NCBI GenBank assembly: GCA_004431415.1
Contig: QPMI01000066.1
Location: 434,001 to 498,000, forward strand
Source: Cyanophora paradoxa CCMP329
Taxonomy: Eukaryota; Plantae; Glaucophyta
Reading direction: 5' to 3'
Length of the DNA stretch: 64,000 nucleotides
Below the pieces are notes generated by a model. The model saw only the letters and a list, made by a program, of their open reading frames with translations. It had not been told where the DNA came from and ran no database searches. A program made the position numbers and the translations under genes. How positions within the stretch are numbered: the stretch's first letter is position 1; each line of letters opens with the position of its first letter. Positions 13,001 through 26,000 of this stretch are shown here, in pieces.

Positions 13001-13448
13001 GCCGCCCGCGTCCGCGTGCGCCCAGTGCACGTCCACGCGGGCGCTGTTCGCCCCCGCCTCCCGCATCGCGAGCAGGTCCCACTCGACCTTTGCGTTCGAA
13101 TCGACATCGGCGGCCCGGCTCGGCCCGGCCCGCGGCCGCCGATCGGGCGGGGCGAGGCGCAGCGCGGCCGCACCTGCGTTGCGGTCGGGTGCTCGCCCTC
13201 CTCCCACGCCCACGCGCGGTACGCTGCGCAGCGGGCGCGGCGCGTCAGACCACCTCACCCTCCGAGCGCTCCGAGCGCCCCGGCGCACCGAATCCGCGCC
13301 CCAGCCACGGTTCTGCGGCATCGGGATCGTACAGGTAGCCATCCTTCAGCGTCAGCAAGCCTCCTGCGGCTCCCTGCAAGGCAGCGAGGCCGGCGAGCAG
13401 CAGCAGCGCCACCACCGCCCGCCGGCCGCCTCCCGCACGCTCGCGCAT
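1026..13448 (-). CDS. Large secreted multi-exon glycoside hydrolase: signal peptide, GH42-like (clan GH-A) barrel and trimerisation-like domain, beta-rich middle region, C-terminal GH16 domain
   Basis: ATG 13448 gives MRERAGGGRRAVVALLLLAGLAALQGAAG (signal peptide). GH42-like segments: DLLAMREAGANSARVDVHW, FAEWLRARYGG...AALAARWG, PVLVSEIG, EELRAGAWRGVPLLVLP. GH16 segments: LHLNINK, WYSSEIVSHEPLGYGNYTF, LDNYAILGLFTYD, RELDFEFGRWG, EKVVINLYQF. Stop TGA at 1026-1028. Continuity as one gene is inferred from unbroken same-strand exon spacing; not every exon was resolved. Confidence 0.7.
1130..3390 (-). other. GH16 catalytic domain exons with intact ExDxE motif (ELDFE, 2783-2797)
   Basis: The exons join in frame across the junctions checked (for example KTQ|ADG and AVQ|PYV) and give the GH16 beta-jelly-roll motifs in the expected order. 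Confidence 0.8.
6695..7062. repeat. 153-bp tandem repeat (about 2.4 copies) spanning an exon end, its donor site and an AT-rich intron piece
   Basis: TATCGGGCGGCGCACGTTGTGTAGAAGGGG recurs at 6821 and 6974. A degenerate copy starts near 6695. Confidence 0.9.
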
Positions 13449-14073
13449 CTCTAAGCTAGCTGCAGACTCTTGCGACAAAGGCTCCCATCGCTGCTGATGA
13501 TCTTCGCGGCGCTCGGCAGGCTTCGGCTAGCTGGCTGTGGCTCACAAGCGCTGCAGCAGACGGTCCAGCTCCTAAAGCTGCAGCCTACAGCTGCAGAGCT
13601 TTAAATTTGTATCGATCGAGAAGAAGACGCGGCTCGAGGCCTGTCCCCGTACCCCTATCGATACCGGCTTGAGCTTGAGCTAGCCTTCTAGCGGCTAGCT
13701 GGCTCCTCAATGCTCGAGCTCTCGCCGCCGGCGCCCGGCGCGGCGCGGCCCGACGTCGACGTCGACGTCGACCGCCGGCGCCGGACCGCACGAGCCCGCG
13801 GCCGGCTGCCGGGCGCGCGCCGGGCGCGTCGCGATCGGCGCGCGCGAGCATCTTCGCTAGCGCTAATATAAGCTATAAGCTAGCCGGGCGGAGAGGGGCA
13901 GGCCCTATAGCCGCAGCGCCCGGCTCCTCCCCCATCCTGAACTTCCACTCCGGATCCTCTCGATCGCCGCGCGAGCTCCTCTCCTCTAGATCCAGATCTC
14001 CCTGTCCTCGCCTTGATAAACAATTTCCTCTCCTGCCGCGCGCGCGCACAGCTGCAGGCGCCCCCGCGAATAT

Positions 14074-15826
14074 ATGGTGCGCCGTCTATATATCGGTATT
14101 TCTAGATCTGCATCACCGATGCGGACCGCTGATGCCATGACGCCTGCGAAATCCGATTTTCGCAGCCGGAGACACGATCGAGGGCCAAGCGCCGCGGCGT
14201 CAGTGGCCCCAATGCCGCGGCGTCAGTGGCCCCAACGCCGAAGCGGAAATACGGGCGTCGCGGCGAAGCAGAAGGTGCACGTGCGCGTCGATCGCCGCGA
14301 GCTTCTGCAATCGCCGATCGCGAGCGCTTTTTTGCAGCGAGTGCGCTCTCGCTGGAAACGCTGCCGGACGACGTTCTCTGGAAAGTGCTCGAGCACCTCG
14401 GAGCAGCGGACGCCTTCGACTCGCTGGCGGGCGCGAGCCGCCGTCTGCGAGACCTCGTCTATGGCCACGGCACTTGGAGCTCGCTTTCGCTGCCGTGGCC
14501 CTACTTCCGCAAGCACCTCGCGTCATTGCGGCACGTGGAGGAAAAAAAGTGGCCGATCGTCAGCCCGCAACGAATTCTGGAGGCCTGGGCGGCCCGGGTG
14601 GAGAAGGGCGGCGTGAAGGTGCGCTCGCTCAGGCGTCGGATCCGGACGCGAAAAGCTTAAGCGTTCCATGACTTCACTGCAGGCGCGGTCCTTTCAGTTG
14701 GACACGACGATCGATTGGGACGACGTCGACAGGGACCGGTACGTACTATGGCTCGGCGGACACGGCGGCGCTCTGGAGGAGAGGTATACGTACGGGGCGC
14801 ATCTGGACGCGATGTGCGACGTCGAGACGCCGCACCGGTACCCGCAGTGCAATTACGGCGGCTCCGAGTTCTGGGGCCGGGTTTTCCCCTTCCTCCGCTT
14901 CCTTCGCCACATGGGCCCCGATCTGCAAAGCATCTCCATCACCCACGGCGGCGTGCGCCCATTGATACGACTGTCTGCGCGAATTTGAATCGATCAATAT
15001 CGCAATTTTGCTTATTCCCGTTTCGAATTCGTGCATCAGATCTCGCCGCCGTACGGTCTCTCTCCGGCCATGAATGCCGACTGGCGGCCAGACGGTGGTC
15101 CAGACTACGACTACATGATGCTCTGGCAGGCGGAGGAAAAGGCAAGCTGGGAGCCCTTATATAAAGCCTTTCCTTGACCGATACGGTGCAGGCTCTGATG
15201 GGCAGGATATACGTGGCTGCGCTCCTGGCACAGCTCGCGCCTCTCGGCTCCACCCTTCAGAGTTTCTCGATCCGCCTCTGCTCCGAGCCGCCTCGCGCCG
15301 GTGCGACACCATAAAAACTCTCGACACCTTTCGCCGTTTTTCCTGGCTGAGCTGGGCGCGGCGCATGCAGTCAAAAGCTATCCCATTCGAGGGAGTTCGT
15401 GTGCTTTATATATTCGCGAAATCGCGCAATCGTCGTCACATTTCGCGCATGCGCAGTCCAGTCCTGCAGGGGCCCTTGGCGAGAGCTGGAGCCGGCCCTC
15501 GCCCCCTTCTCCGCCCTCCGCCGCCTCCACATTTACGCCGTGCACCTCCTCGAAGACGAGGAGCTGCGCACCGTCGGCGCCGCGCTGCCGTCCCTCCGCG
15601 AGCTTGGCACCTGGTGCGCAGGGGACGAGAAGAGGGGCGCAGTCGACCCCGCGGCGCGCCTCGCCCGCCTTCAGGAGCTCATCCCAAGCCTTGAAGCGGT
15701 ACCTAGAAGTTTTCGAATTCCGGACTAGGTTATAAATAAATTATCATCCGCTGATCGATCCTGCAGGCCCCCATCAGCAAGATCAAAGAAAACGCGTACC
15801 GGGATCCGGACGACGTGGACTACTAG
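14074..15826 (+). CDS. F-box protein (multi-exon)
   Basis: ATG|gtgcgc...ttttcgcag|CCG gives M|PETRSRAKRRGVSGPNAAASVAPTPKRKYGRRGEAE. The next exon, SALSLETLPDDVLWKVLEHLGAADAFDSLAGASRRLRDLV...W, is an F-box motif. Later LRR-like exons include LRRLHIYAVHLLEDEELRTVGAALPSLREL. TAG at 15824-15826. Confidence 0.8.
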
Positions 15827-17012
15827 GCTCGAACCCGGTGGCTCCTATACACCGCGGCCCCTTACACAGACTGTGACACCGGGGCAGGCCGAGGCTTATA
15901 GCAAAAGGCCTATAGCTAGGACCCCCGTTTTACTATTTGTTTTTGCAAGAGTGATACCCCCGTTTTACTAGTGATACACTAACTCGAAATGCCCGCCCTC
16001 CCGACTACTAGACTCGAACCCAAGGGTCCCTTATACAGACTGCGACCCCCCCGACTGTGAGATTAATTATAAAATTATGAGGCCGTTCGACGAAAGCCCG
16101 CCTCCTCCAGGTCCCGCCCTTCCCCCTCAGATGAAAAATTACTGAAATATCCGATGATCCCTTGAAAGCACTGTACATACAGCAGTTGAAAGGAGCAAGC
16201 GAGTCCCCGGGGCCGGCCCTTCGAATTCTGACTCGGCGCTCTACGCGCAGGAGATCTAGATCGCAAAGGAGCCGCACGGTCGGGGAAGAATTCTATGTCT
16301 ATGTCAAATTTGCATGAATTTCTGCATGTGACCCCCCATTTACTGATGACATTACGAACGAAATTCACACTCTGTCAATGGGGCGGAGGAGCAGCGCCGC
16401 ACCTCGGAAGAGGACGACCTCCGCGGCCTTTGTTCTATGTCAAATTTGCATGAATTTCTGCATGTGCATCTGAATTTCTTTCGTAGTGTCATCAGTAAAT
16501 GGGAGGTCATGAACTGATTCACGGAGTCGCGTACATTCAAAGAGACTCTGAGATGAAATTGAATTAAATAGGCACAAGAAAGCCTAACGTTGGCAGGCTC
16601 TTAGATCTGCTGCTGCAACACAACGCGTACGAGCAATATTTAAAGCTAATCAAGACTGTACAGTGGCGTGGTTCAAACCCAAAACTGCGGGGAACACACT
16701 GGAGACGGGCTGACTGATCATCGGATGTAAAAACGAAATACATGTATGCGAGCGGCCGTTTCTAGAGGCCGCTGACCGTCGGACTATTGAAAGCCGACAA
16801 AATAATCATCGAATAGCACGAAGTACATGTAGATTGGGGGGGGGGGGGGGGGGGGGGGGAAGAGCGCACAACATGTACGTGTACAACTACAGGCCGCTGA
16901 CTAAAGCTAGTGACAGCCGACAAAAATAATTGAGCGGTGAAATCTACCTGCACTGCGGCAGAACAATTCAGCTGCAGAAACACGGATGGCTGGAGCTGTC
17001 GCTACTACTAGG

Positions 17013-20000
17013 CTAGTCGGCGATGGACATGGAGTTGGAGGTCCTGAAGAACTTGCGGAGGTCGGCGAGGGTCGGCAGCATCTCCTTCGGGAGCATGCGG
17101 AGGAGCTCCGTCGAGCGCCCGCACTCCTCCGTCAGCTGCAGGATGCTGCGCCGCGGCCGCGCATAAGTACAATATGATGTAATCGCAGGAGCGAAGCATT
17201 AGCTATATAAAGATAGTGTGTGGATTAGCTGTAGCGGTCTGCGCGCGCGCGCATGTGTGTGTGCTTATGATAGTATAATCGCAAGAGCAATATTAGCTAT
17301 ATAAAGCAGACTAAATAGCTTTATAGCTATATAAAGCGGACCGATTAGCTATATAAAGAGGACTCGGCGTTCTTAAGCTCACATGGGGCGGAAGACAAAT
17401 GCGTAGACGGCGGCGAGTGCGGCGAGCTGGGCGGCGAGGACGGCGGCGGCGACGATGAGGGCGCGGGTCAGGTCCTCCGCCGCCGCCGCCAGGTACATGT
17501 TCTGGCTCTGCTGCAGCCCCTCGTCCATGTAGTTGCTGCGCGCGGGGCGAAGTTTGGCTCTTGGAGTTCGGAAGGCGGCGAGAAATATATATGTGTTCCC
17601 GACCTGTGGAGGTCGTAGAGGAGGAGCATCGGATCGGACGCCGGCTGGATCGACGACTTGGATCTGGAAAGAGAGAATAGAATAGGTCGGCGAGCGCGAA
17701 GCTAAGCTAGAACGGATCTTAAGTGGGGGGCGCACGACCCGAACTTGGAGGGGCCCATCTTCTTCCCGCTGGTCTTGTACAGCGGGTGCGGCGTCGGGTC
17801 GGAGAAGAAGGGCGCCGCCGTGTTGATCTCTCCGCTGCACAAAGGTTTCAGATATATATATAAGAAGAAGACAGCTTTTGCTGAACGACCATCTTGCTGT
17901 AATATTGCTATATGCTTTTATAAGAAGACAGCATATTATAAGAAGACAGCTTTAATGGCCCACGCACTCGGAAGAAGCTGTTATATGCTTATACGCTTTT
18001 ATAAGAAGACAGCATATTATAAGAAGATAGCTATGCGGAACAAATTAAATATTCCGCGCACTCGTCGGTGAAGCCCTCGTTCTCCTTGAGGCTTTTGCTA
18101 AACGACCATCTTGCTATAATATTGCTATATGCTTTGCTATATTATAAGACGGCAGCATATTATAAGAAGACATCATATTGTAAGAAGACAGCTTTAATGG
18201 CCCGCGCACTCGTCGGTGAAGCCCTCGTTCTCCTTGACCATCTTGCGGGCGGTCGCCACGTACTGCTGGACGCAGAAGTCCAGCCCTTGCATCACGAACG
18301 TCTTCAGGTAGCCGACCTGTGTACGGGCGTGGGCGTAGGTGTTCCGCAGCTCAGACTTGGCCGAGATCGAAAGGGATATATAGTACAAATTTATTATAAG
18401 TTTCGGGTTTCGCGGACCGTCGCGTCGTCGCACTTGCCGTCGAGTCGGAGGCACCCCGGTTCGTACAGCAGGCTCTGCTGGTCCTTCTTCCTGCTCACGG
18501 TCACGATCACGGGACTTTTAATTATCGATATCTAATGGAAAACAGCGCGGCCCATCGGAAGACGAAACAGATTTTTCGCACCCTGAGTACTGGCTTACGA
18601 GGCCGACGCTCTCGTTGCCGTACTTGAGGCCTACGTGCGCCAGGTGCAGGTCCTGATTCAAAAAGTTAGAAAAGCACCAAAATTAAAGAAGAGAACGCTG
18701 TGATCAGAAAAAGTTCTTAAAGCGCACGCTGATTCGGGCGACAGTGCGCATGATGGACTCGGCCTTGGAGAAGCCCTGCACGGATCGCGAAAATCAATAA
18801 ATTCGAACGATATGGGATCATGATCAATCACGCAGAGCGAGCGGACCGTGGCGCCGTCGTCGATGTAGGCCTCCCGCCCGATGTACGCGAGCTCGCGCGC
18901 GAAGTAGCGCCGGTTGCCGGCGAAGCGGATGACGGTGGAGGCCGAGGAGGCGCCCTGGATCCGATGATCCGTGGCGCACGTTTCAGTTAGAATTCGCCCA
19001 AGCGATCGATATGCAATATTAGAAATTGGTTTTTGAGAGACTACGGTGGGTTGGTTGTAATATAGGTGGTTCTACGTATATATATACGTGGGTAGTAATA
19101 TACGAATCACAAATCGAAGAGATAGCAGACGTCGACAATCGCAAGACACGCAATCATATAAGAAACCGATTTTGGTTTAATTCTCGGCACCTGGACAAGG
19201 ATGCATGTGATTATGTATGCGGTGGTCATGAGGAGCGCCAGAGAGATGAACGCCGCCATGTAGCGGTTGCGCATTCGGACCTAGAGCATTTGACGGTTAA
19301 CGTTACAGCGCGTTCGCAAGTAAACATAGATGGATGTATACAGAACGCGCTCACAAATATCGAGTTGGTCTTCTCCTTCTTCTTCGAGTGCTCATGATCA
19401 AGCTTAGGGCTGTCCTCCTTCATGGCCGACGCTTCAGCGCCCGGGAGCGGTTCGGATGACTGCTTTGCCTTGGCCGTCTCTGCCTTGGGGCTCGGCGGAG
19501 CGATGCCGGCGAGGGCCAGCGACAGATTCGAGGCGGCCGCCGAGCGCCGTCCGTGGGCCTCGAGTTCAGTATCGCGCGTCGAGGTTGGGGCGGGCGCCAC
19601 TTGCGCGCCGGCCGAGCCCTCGCTGCTGCTCCCGTCGTGCATGAAGCGCGGCTTGGAATGGACGTGCTTAAGCTTGTCGTGCGACTTGCGCGCGCTGGCG
19701 TTGGCGTCGCCGGACTTTCGGTGAAACGAGACGCGGTCGCGCTCCTGCCTGCGGCCCAGCGACAGGGAGCCTCGCCACCCACCGGGAGACCAGTTCGTGC
19801 ACGACGCGTCGGACCCCGCGCGCTGCCGGATGATGGAGCACCCAGGCGCCGGCGCCGGCGCAGGCGCAGGCGCCCCAGCGCCCTCCACTCCAGAGCCGGC
19901 GGCGGGCTGCAGCAGGCGGTGGTCGACATCCACGGCGCCTGGAGGGGCCAGCATGATTTCGTAGTCACAGTCGGATCCCTTGTCCACGTGACAGGAAGCG

Positions 20001-23000
20001 TCGCCGTCCCGAGCGACAGGAAGCACCGCCTCCTCGGGCGCTGGAAGTGTTGGAGGGGTGCGTTTCGGCTTCAGCGCGTGCACCGAATCGAACCGATCGG
20101 TGTCCGCCGTCACGAGCGCCTCGGCGGAGCGCATGCTCGACTGCGAGAAGATGGCTGCCGGCTTCTCGGAGCGCGAGCCTTGCCCGTTGGACGAAGACTG
20201 CGAGTCGTCGGAGCCCATTGTCAGCGGCACCGGTTCAGCGAAGTCTCTCTCCGATTTTCCCTCGCGGGTCAGCGCTGGAGCCGCATGCACAGCTGCCTGT
20301 GGGGCGGCTGGCGCTTGCTCCGGCCATCGGCTTGCAATTGGACCCACCGCCTCGGACATTGCGACCGACTGCAGATCGCTCGAGCTCACGACGTGCGCAC
20401 GCGCCGCCGGATCCTGCAGAACGGCCCACGCCGCAACGGACTTCGAGTTCTGTGACGAGACCGCAGCTGCAGCTGCCGACGTGACGGCTGTCCTGGTACC
20501 GTCCGCCTCGGCTGCCGGTGCCTGCTTCTTTTGAAGGTGCATGCGTTGCGTCTCCAGAGACTGCACCGCGTCTGCACTGAAGGTCAGCTAACGGCCGCGG
20601 AGACGAACATGACCATGGCCACGATGCCATTAATATTGAGGAACGCAAACCTCGTGCGATGGCGGCGGCGAAGGCGTCCGAAGACCGGCGGCGGTTGCGG
20701 CGCCCGAAGCCTTCCAGGTGCACGCCGGCTTTCTTTGCCTTTGGCGACCCGCCGACGCCGGCGCCGCCGCCCGAAAGCTTAAGCAGGTTGCCGAGGCGGT
20801 CGTGTCCGCTCCTCTCCGTGTCGGGCGCCTCTAGCTCGTCGGACGAGTTGGCGCCGTCCTCGCGGCTCTTCCCGTCCCGCTCGCCCGAGCTCTGGCCCTG
20901 GTCGACGTCGTCCTTGACCCGCTCCGTCGTTTCCTCCGAGGACGACGAGTCCTCCTCGCCCGGCCCCCTCTGCGCCGACGCTAAGAAGAAGCGGAGCAAA
21001 GCTTATGTGCGCGTGCGCGCGCGCACCATCTTGGCGTAGTAGCGCGCGATCTTGCGCAGGGCCTTGCGGGGGATGAGACCGATGATGTCCGACACCCCCG
21101 TCTTCGTCCTTTGCACGCGCAGGATCGACGGTTGCAGCTGACAGCGGAGGATAACGTCAAGACATGCGGATACGTTTTAAAAGCGAAAGACGCGGAATTC
21201 CAAGGGTCGCACCACGCAGAGGACGAGGAGTGTCATAGTGCCGAGCGTCGCTCCCAGCACGGCGCCGAGCAGCCCGAAGGACATCGTCCGGTCCTGCTTA
21301 ATCTGCGCCGAGATGTTACAATAGAGCTTATATTACAGCCGTTGAGCACGCGCACCTCATCCTCATAGATCAGAACCCCGCGGAGGACAGCGTCTGTCAG
21401 TGCGCGGGGCCCGTTGTCCTGCATAAACCTGCGCGCAAAAATAGGTATGGAGTGATAAAGAGGGGCGCCTGGATTTTAACGGACCGGAACGAGTCCACCG
21501 TCGGGGCCTTGAGAGCCGCCGCCATTGTGAGAGTGGAAAACTCCTGCGACAAACAACCCCGGACTTCAGCTAACGCTCGGAAACGCCTTCCCGCACAACG
21601 ACGCGAACGACGCACGGAGGCGCGCGAGACGAACTCGGATCCGAGGTCCCACAGGCCCGTCGAGGAGCGCATGCGCGTGGGCGACGCCGAAGACCCGCTG
21701 GCGCCGAGGTACCGCACGAACGGGATCTCCTGCGCGTTCCACAGCCTCTGTGCGCGGGCCGCGCACGCCATGTCGGTCAGCTACGAATCCGAGAAACGAG
21801 GCCTTCAGATCTACACGATCGGAAACGGACGGACCAAAACGCTTTTGGCGGACGAGGCCTTGTATTCGGGACCCCCGAAGTACATTGCGGCGTGGGTGTC
21901 GTGGAATTGGCTCGCCCGGACTTTCAGGCGACCGATCTGAACGAGAACTCGAGACTCAGCTAGAGTGCGCGCAATGCGAAAAGCAACAGGAAACGGGAGC
22001 TCGCCTGGTACGAGTAGATGTCGGAGTTGTTGACGAGGGCCGCCAGATGGGCGGTGCGCGAGTGGTCCGTCACGCTGCGTCAGAACACGCTCGCGTGAAT
22101 TGGAGAGAAAAGAGCAGGACCGGAGCCGCGAGGCGCCGTAACATTAATCGTGAGCGAACCTGACGATGTAGCGGGCCTGAGACGACATCGCGGTGATGAG
22201 ATAAAGGCCTGAGGAGAGAGCCGGTGAGATCGATGCCATTATAATAATTATCCAGATCTAGAGGGTCTTCTTCTATGAAACAGCGAACCGTTCTGGATGC
22301 TGTCGAGGAAGATTCGGTTGATAACGTAGAAGGCCGTGACAAGCGCAGCCAGCACGCCCAGCCCGATGAAGACACTGCGCCGTCAAACGTTATCAGCTCG
22401 AACGGAAAACGCAAGCTTGTCATTCAAGCGTCTAGCTTCCCGCACCCGTCATTCAAGCTTATTCCAAGCTTATCGTGAAATTCAAGCTTATCGTTAATTA
22501 ATCAAGCGTCTAGCTTTGAATTCCCGCACCCGATCTGGAGTCGCTTCACGGCTCGAAGCTGCCCCTCGTTGTTGAGGATCTGCTCGTAGCTCGAGCCGGC
22601 GGTCTTCTTCTTCTTCTTCGCGGTGACGCGGCTCGAGATGTGCTGCGCCACGTGCCCCTCGTCCCCGTTTATGGTGCTCCCGCCGTCGCTGCTCGTCGCT
22701 TCCACCTGCGATGAACATGCGTTGAATAATGTTCTATAAGGCTTATGTAGCCATGCTAAGAACGTTAACTGAGACAGCTTTTACCTCGCTGGCGTCGCCC
22801 TCGATGGTCGACCCGTCCTGCGGGTCGGAGCGCAGCTTCGCCTCCTTCTCCTCGATTTCATCCGCCTTGACGTTGAGCGCGGCGGCCTGCGCGCATACGG
22901 CCGCCGTTGTGAGCGGGATCTAGCGCGGTCTCTTGATATAAAAATCCGTTTTGTAATCGGCACCTTCTCGGGATCGTTGAGGACGGAGCGGACAAAGTCG

Positions 23001-26000
23001 GCGTAGGCTCGGAGGAGCATCTTGCTGTTCTTGTACTTGCGAAGCAATCTGCGAGCCCGGACCGTCAATATTCGAGACGCTCAAGGCGAAGCAGATGATT
23101 CTATTTGGCGCACGCATCGTAGGCCTGGCTGGCAGCCTTGGCGGCTGCCGAGACCCGCGCAATGTAGTGGCTCGCGTTCAGCAGGAACTGGCGGCACGAA
23201 GATTATAATCACATTGTAAATTATAAAGCGGAAGGCGGAGCGGGGACCTTCGCGTTGTTCCGCCGCGCGATGCCGGCCCAGAAGTGCTTCGTGAGCTTGA
23301 GAGCCTCGGCGTGCTTGGCCGTCGCCGTCGAGAAGACCTGGTCCCCGGCCGGCCGGGATCGAAAGTGAGCTCGGAGCACATTGAGACAGAACCGATCAAA
23401 TTGAATCATAAAGAGTTCTCGACGCGCCTGCTCGAATTCGAGGAGGGAGAGCGAATTGAGAGTCTGGCCCACGCTCGCTCCGTGAGTCAAGTTCTCCCAC
23501 CTGTGGCAACATAAAAATTTACGAGTCTGAAATTTCGTCTCGAAGCGATATCCAAGAGACGTACATTCGCTGCTTCTCAAAAACCTGATAACGAAGGCGC
23601 GGCGGGCAGTCAGGTAGATGCAACAAAAGAATTCGAAGGGAGCGGATAAAGACGGACGAGGTAACGAAGATCGAGCGCAGGGCGGCAGCTCTCCGCCGCG
23701 ATCCGCATCCGCTGCGCCGCGGTCGCCGTGTCCCCCTTGTAATCTGGTAGTTGGACAGCGAGTCAGCGACTCGTGAGCGCGACTCTAATTCGAAAGCGAG
23801 CCATGACCGGGCTCGAGCTCCGTGATTCGAAGCTTAATAAGGCGCACGGCGGATGAACAGCGCGTGGGCGATTCGGATGTACGCCGAGCGTGGGAAGGCG
23901 GCCATGCCCTCGCGGAAAATCGCCTCGGCTGCCGTCAGGTCGGCGTTCCGCTGCAGCGCGATTCGCGCCCGAACTTCGTACTACAGAAGAAACAACGTTA
24001 ATTCCACTCGACGAAAACCATGCAAATTTATAATTATAAGTACCTGGCACTCGACGAGGAACAGGAGATTGCAGGCGTCGAGGACGGCAAAGAAGCGCGG
24101 GGCGGCGGCCTCCTTGAGGCTCGCCGCCGCGCTCGAGAGCCGGCGCGTGACGGTCCTGCGGGCCGTGCGGGCCGAGCGCACGAAGTCTCCCGCGAAGGAC
24201 GCCACCTCGATGTTCCTCCCGTCGTGCTCCGCGTCGTGATCGTCTTGCTCGCGATCGGCGATCGCGAGGACGGCGGCCCCGCCGACGGAGGAAGGCGAGT
24301 GGGCCATCGGCATCGAGAGGGACGCCGAGGGAGACGTCAAAGTGTAGGATCCGGAGCGGCCCTGCCCGCGGTTCGCCTTCCAGCTCGCCGAGTTGGGCTG
24401 CGTCGCCGTCAAGAACCGCACACGCAGATCTGCGGTGTCGCCGCTGTCAGTGGAGTTTGGCTAAAGTGAAATGCTCAGCGCACAGACTGCCACCGCGCCG
24501 CCGACGAAGGCCGGTATGAGCAGGAGCTGGGTCAGGACGGCCCAGTGCCGCGCGGACGGGCCGTCCACGTCCGTCGCGTTGCGGATGAGGAGGGAGGTGA
24601 TCGGGAAAGTGGCCGCCGCGAGGAAGAGGCCACCGCGCTGGGAGCCGGCGCCGCAGGGTCGAGTCAGAGGAGAGGAATAAAGTTACACTAAGATCGCAGG
24701 CGCACGAAGGCGGATGTGAAGGTACTGTAGTACGGGACCTGTGGTGTCGAGAGAACAATATTAATGTTACCGAACGGCGCAGATGTTATCCGGATCCCTT
24801 CTTAAGCTTTAGAGCGGGCGCACCGAGGTAAGGAGGAGCAGCCAGAGGGAGATCAGGAGGACGAAGTTGATGCCGTTGTTCAGATCTGAACGCGAAATTT
24901 AATTCAGCTTGAAAAACGATCCGTCGTAATGTGAGATTCCAATTGGAGTCCGACTAAAGCCCGACCTGTGAGATTGTTGAGGAACAGGTTGATGAAGATC
25001 ATCGCTGCCTGAACAGCAACTGCACAAAAGCGTCATTCAGAAATACGAAATAGGGCGAAGTAATTGCACGAGCGGCGGCGGACCGTAGAGGAAAGTGAAG
25101 CGACCGTGCGGCCGCGCTTCGACTCCCGCAGAGACGGGCGCCGAATCGTAGAAACTGGTCGAACCAAAAACAGTCAGTGCCGAGAATAAAGCAGAATGCG
25201 CTTTAACACTTGCGGGGGGCGTACATGAGCGCGAAGAGGAGGCAGTACGGGACGAAGAGCAGGAGGATGACGATCGAGACGGCGAAGTACACTACCCCAA
25301 GGCTCCTGCGAGCGCCACGCGATAAATATTCAATTGCGAGCCAGAACAGCCGAGTTCGACTCCAGTGCACGCTAACCTGAATGCCTCGCATGAAGGAACA
25401 GTGTTTTCCACTGAGCGCGCGCGCGTTAGACACCTCCGCACATCATGAACGTCGACTCGAGCTCGCGACCGCTGGGGCCGGGCACCTGAAACGGCCGCGA
25501 CGTTCGCAGCACCGCGGCCGGCGGCGATGTAGCAGCCGAAGGGCTGCGAGAGGATCTGGGTGACTGGAATCTGAGGTGAAATTCGAAGTTCATGATCAGA
25601 CCGAAGGCTCGCATAGATTCGATCAAAGGAAGGCAATCAGATTAAATGAGATAGAGATAATATAATTAGATAAGACGAAGCTCAGACTGAGCGCTTCCAT
25701 ATAGTAAATCCAAGGGAGGCCCGAGCTCGAGCTCACGAAGGCGGCGTCCACGAGGAAGTTCGCGAGGAGCCGGCAATCAAAGATTAGATTAGATAGAGAT
25801 ATATATAATTAGATAAGACGAAGCTAAGACCGAGTGCTTCCATATATAAAGCAAAGCAAGGCCCGAGCTTACGAAGGCGGCGTCCACGAGGAAGTTGGCG
25901 AGGAGCCGCAGGAAGCGGATCGGCGTGACCCGCAGGGACTGCGACTGCGCGCACATGCACACCCCGGCCTTAGCCTCGCGATCGGGCGCAGCGAAATTAA

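Noticed and set aside
9913-13342. Long ORFs of 729, 619 and 345 aa in the ORF track
   Set aside because: They are stop-poor read-through of GC-rich exons plus introns, or antisense shadows. Only segments belong to the spliced glycoside hydrolase.
15820-16030. GGTTCGAG B-box-like motifs on the minus strand (possible tRNA or SINE)
   Set aside because: No T-stem pairing or cloverleaf. Explained by duplication of the F-box 3' end.
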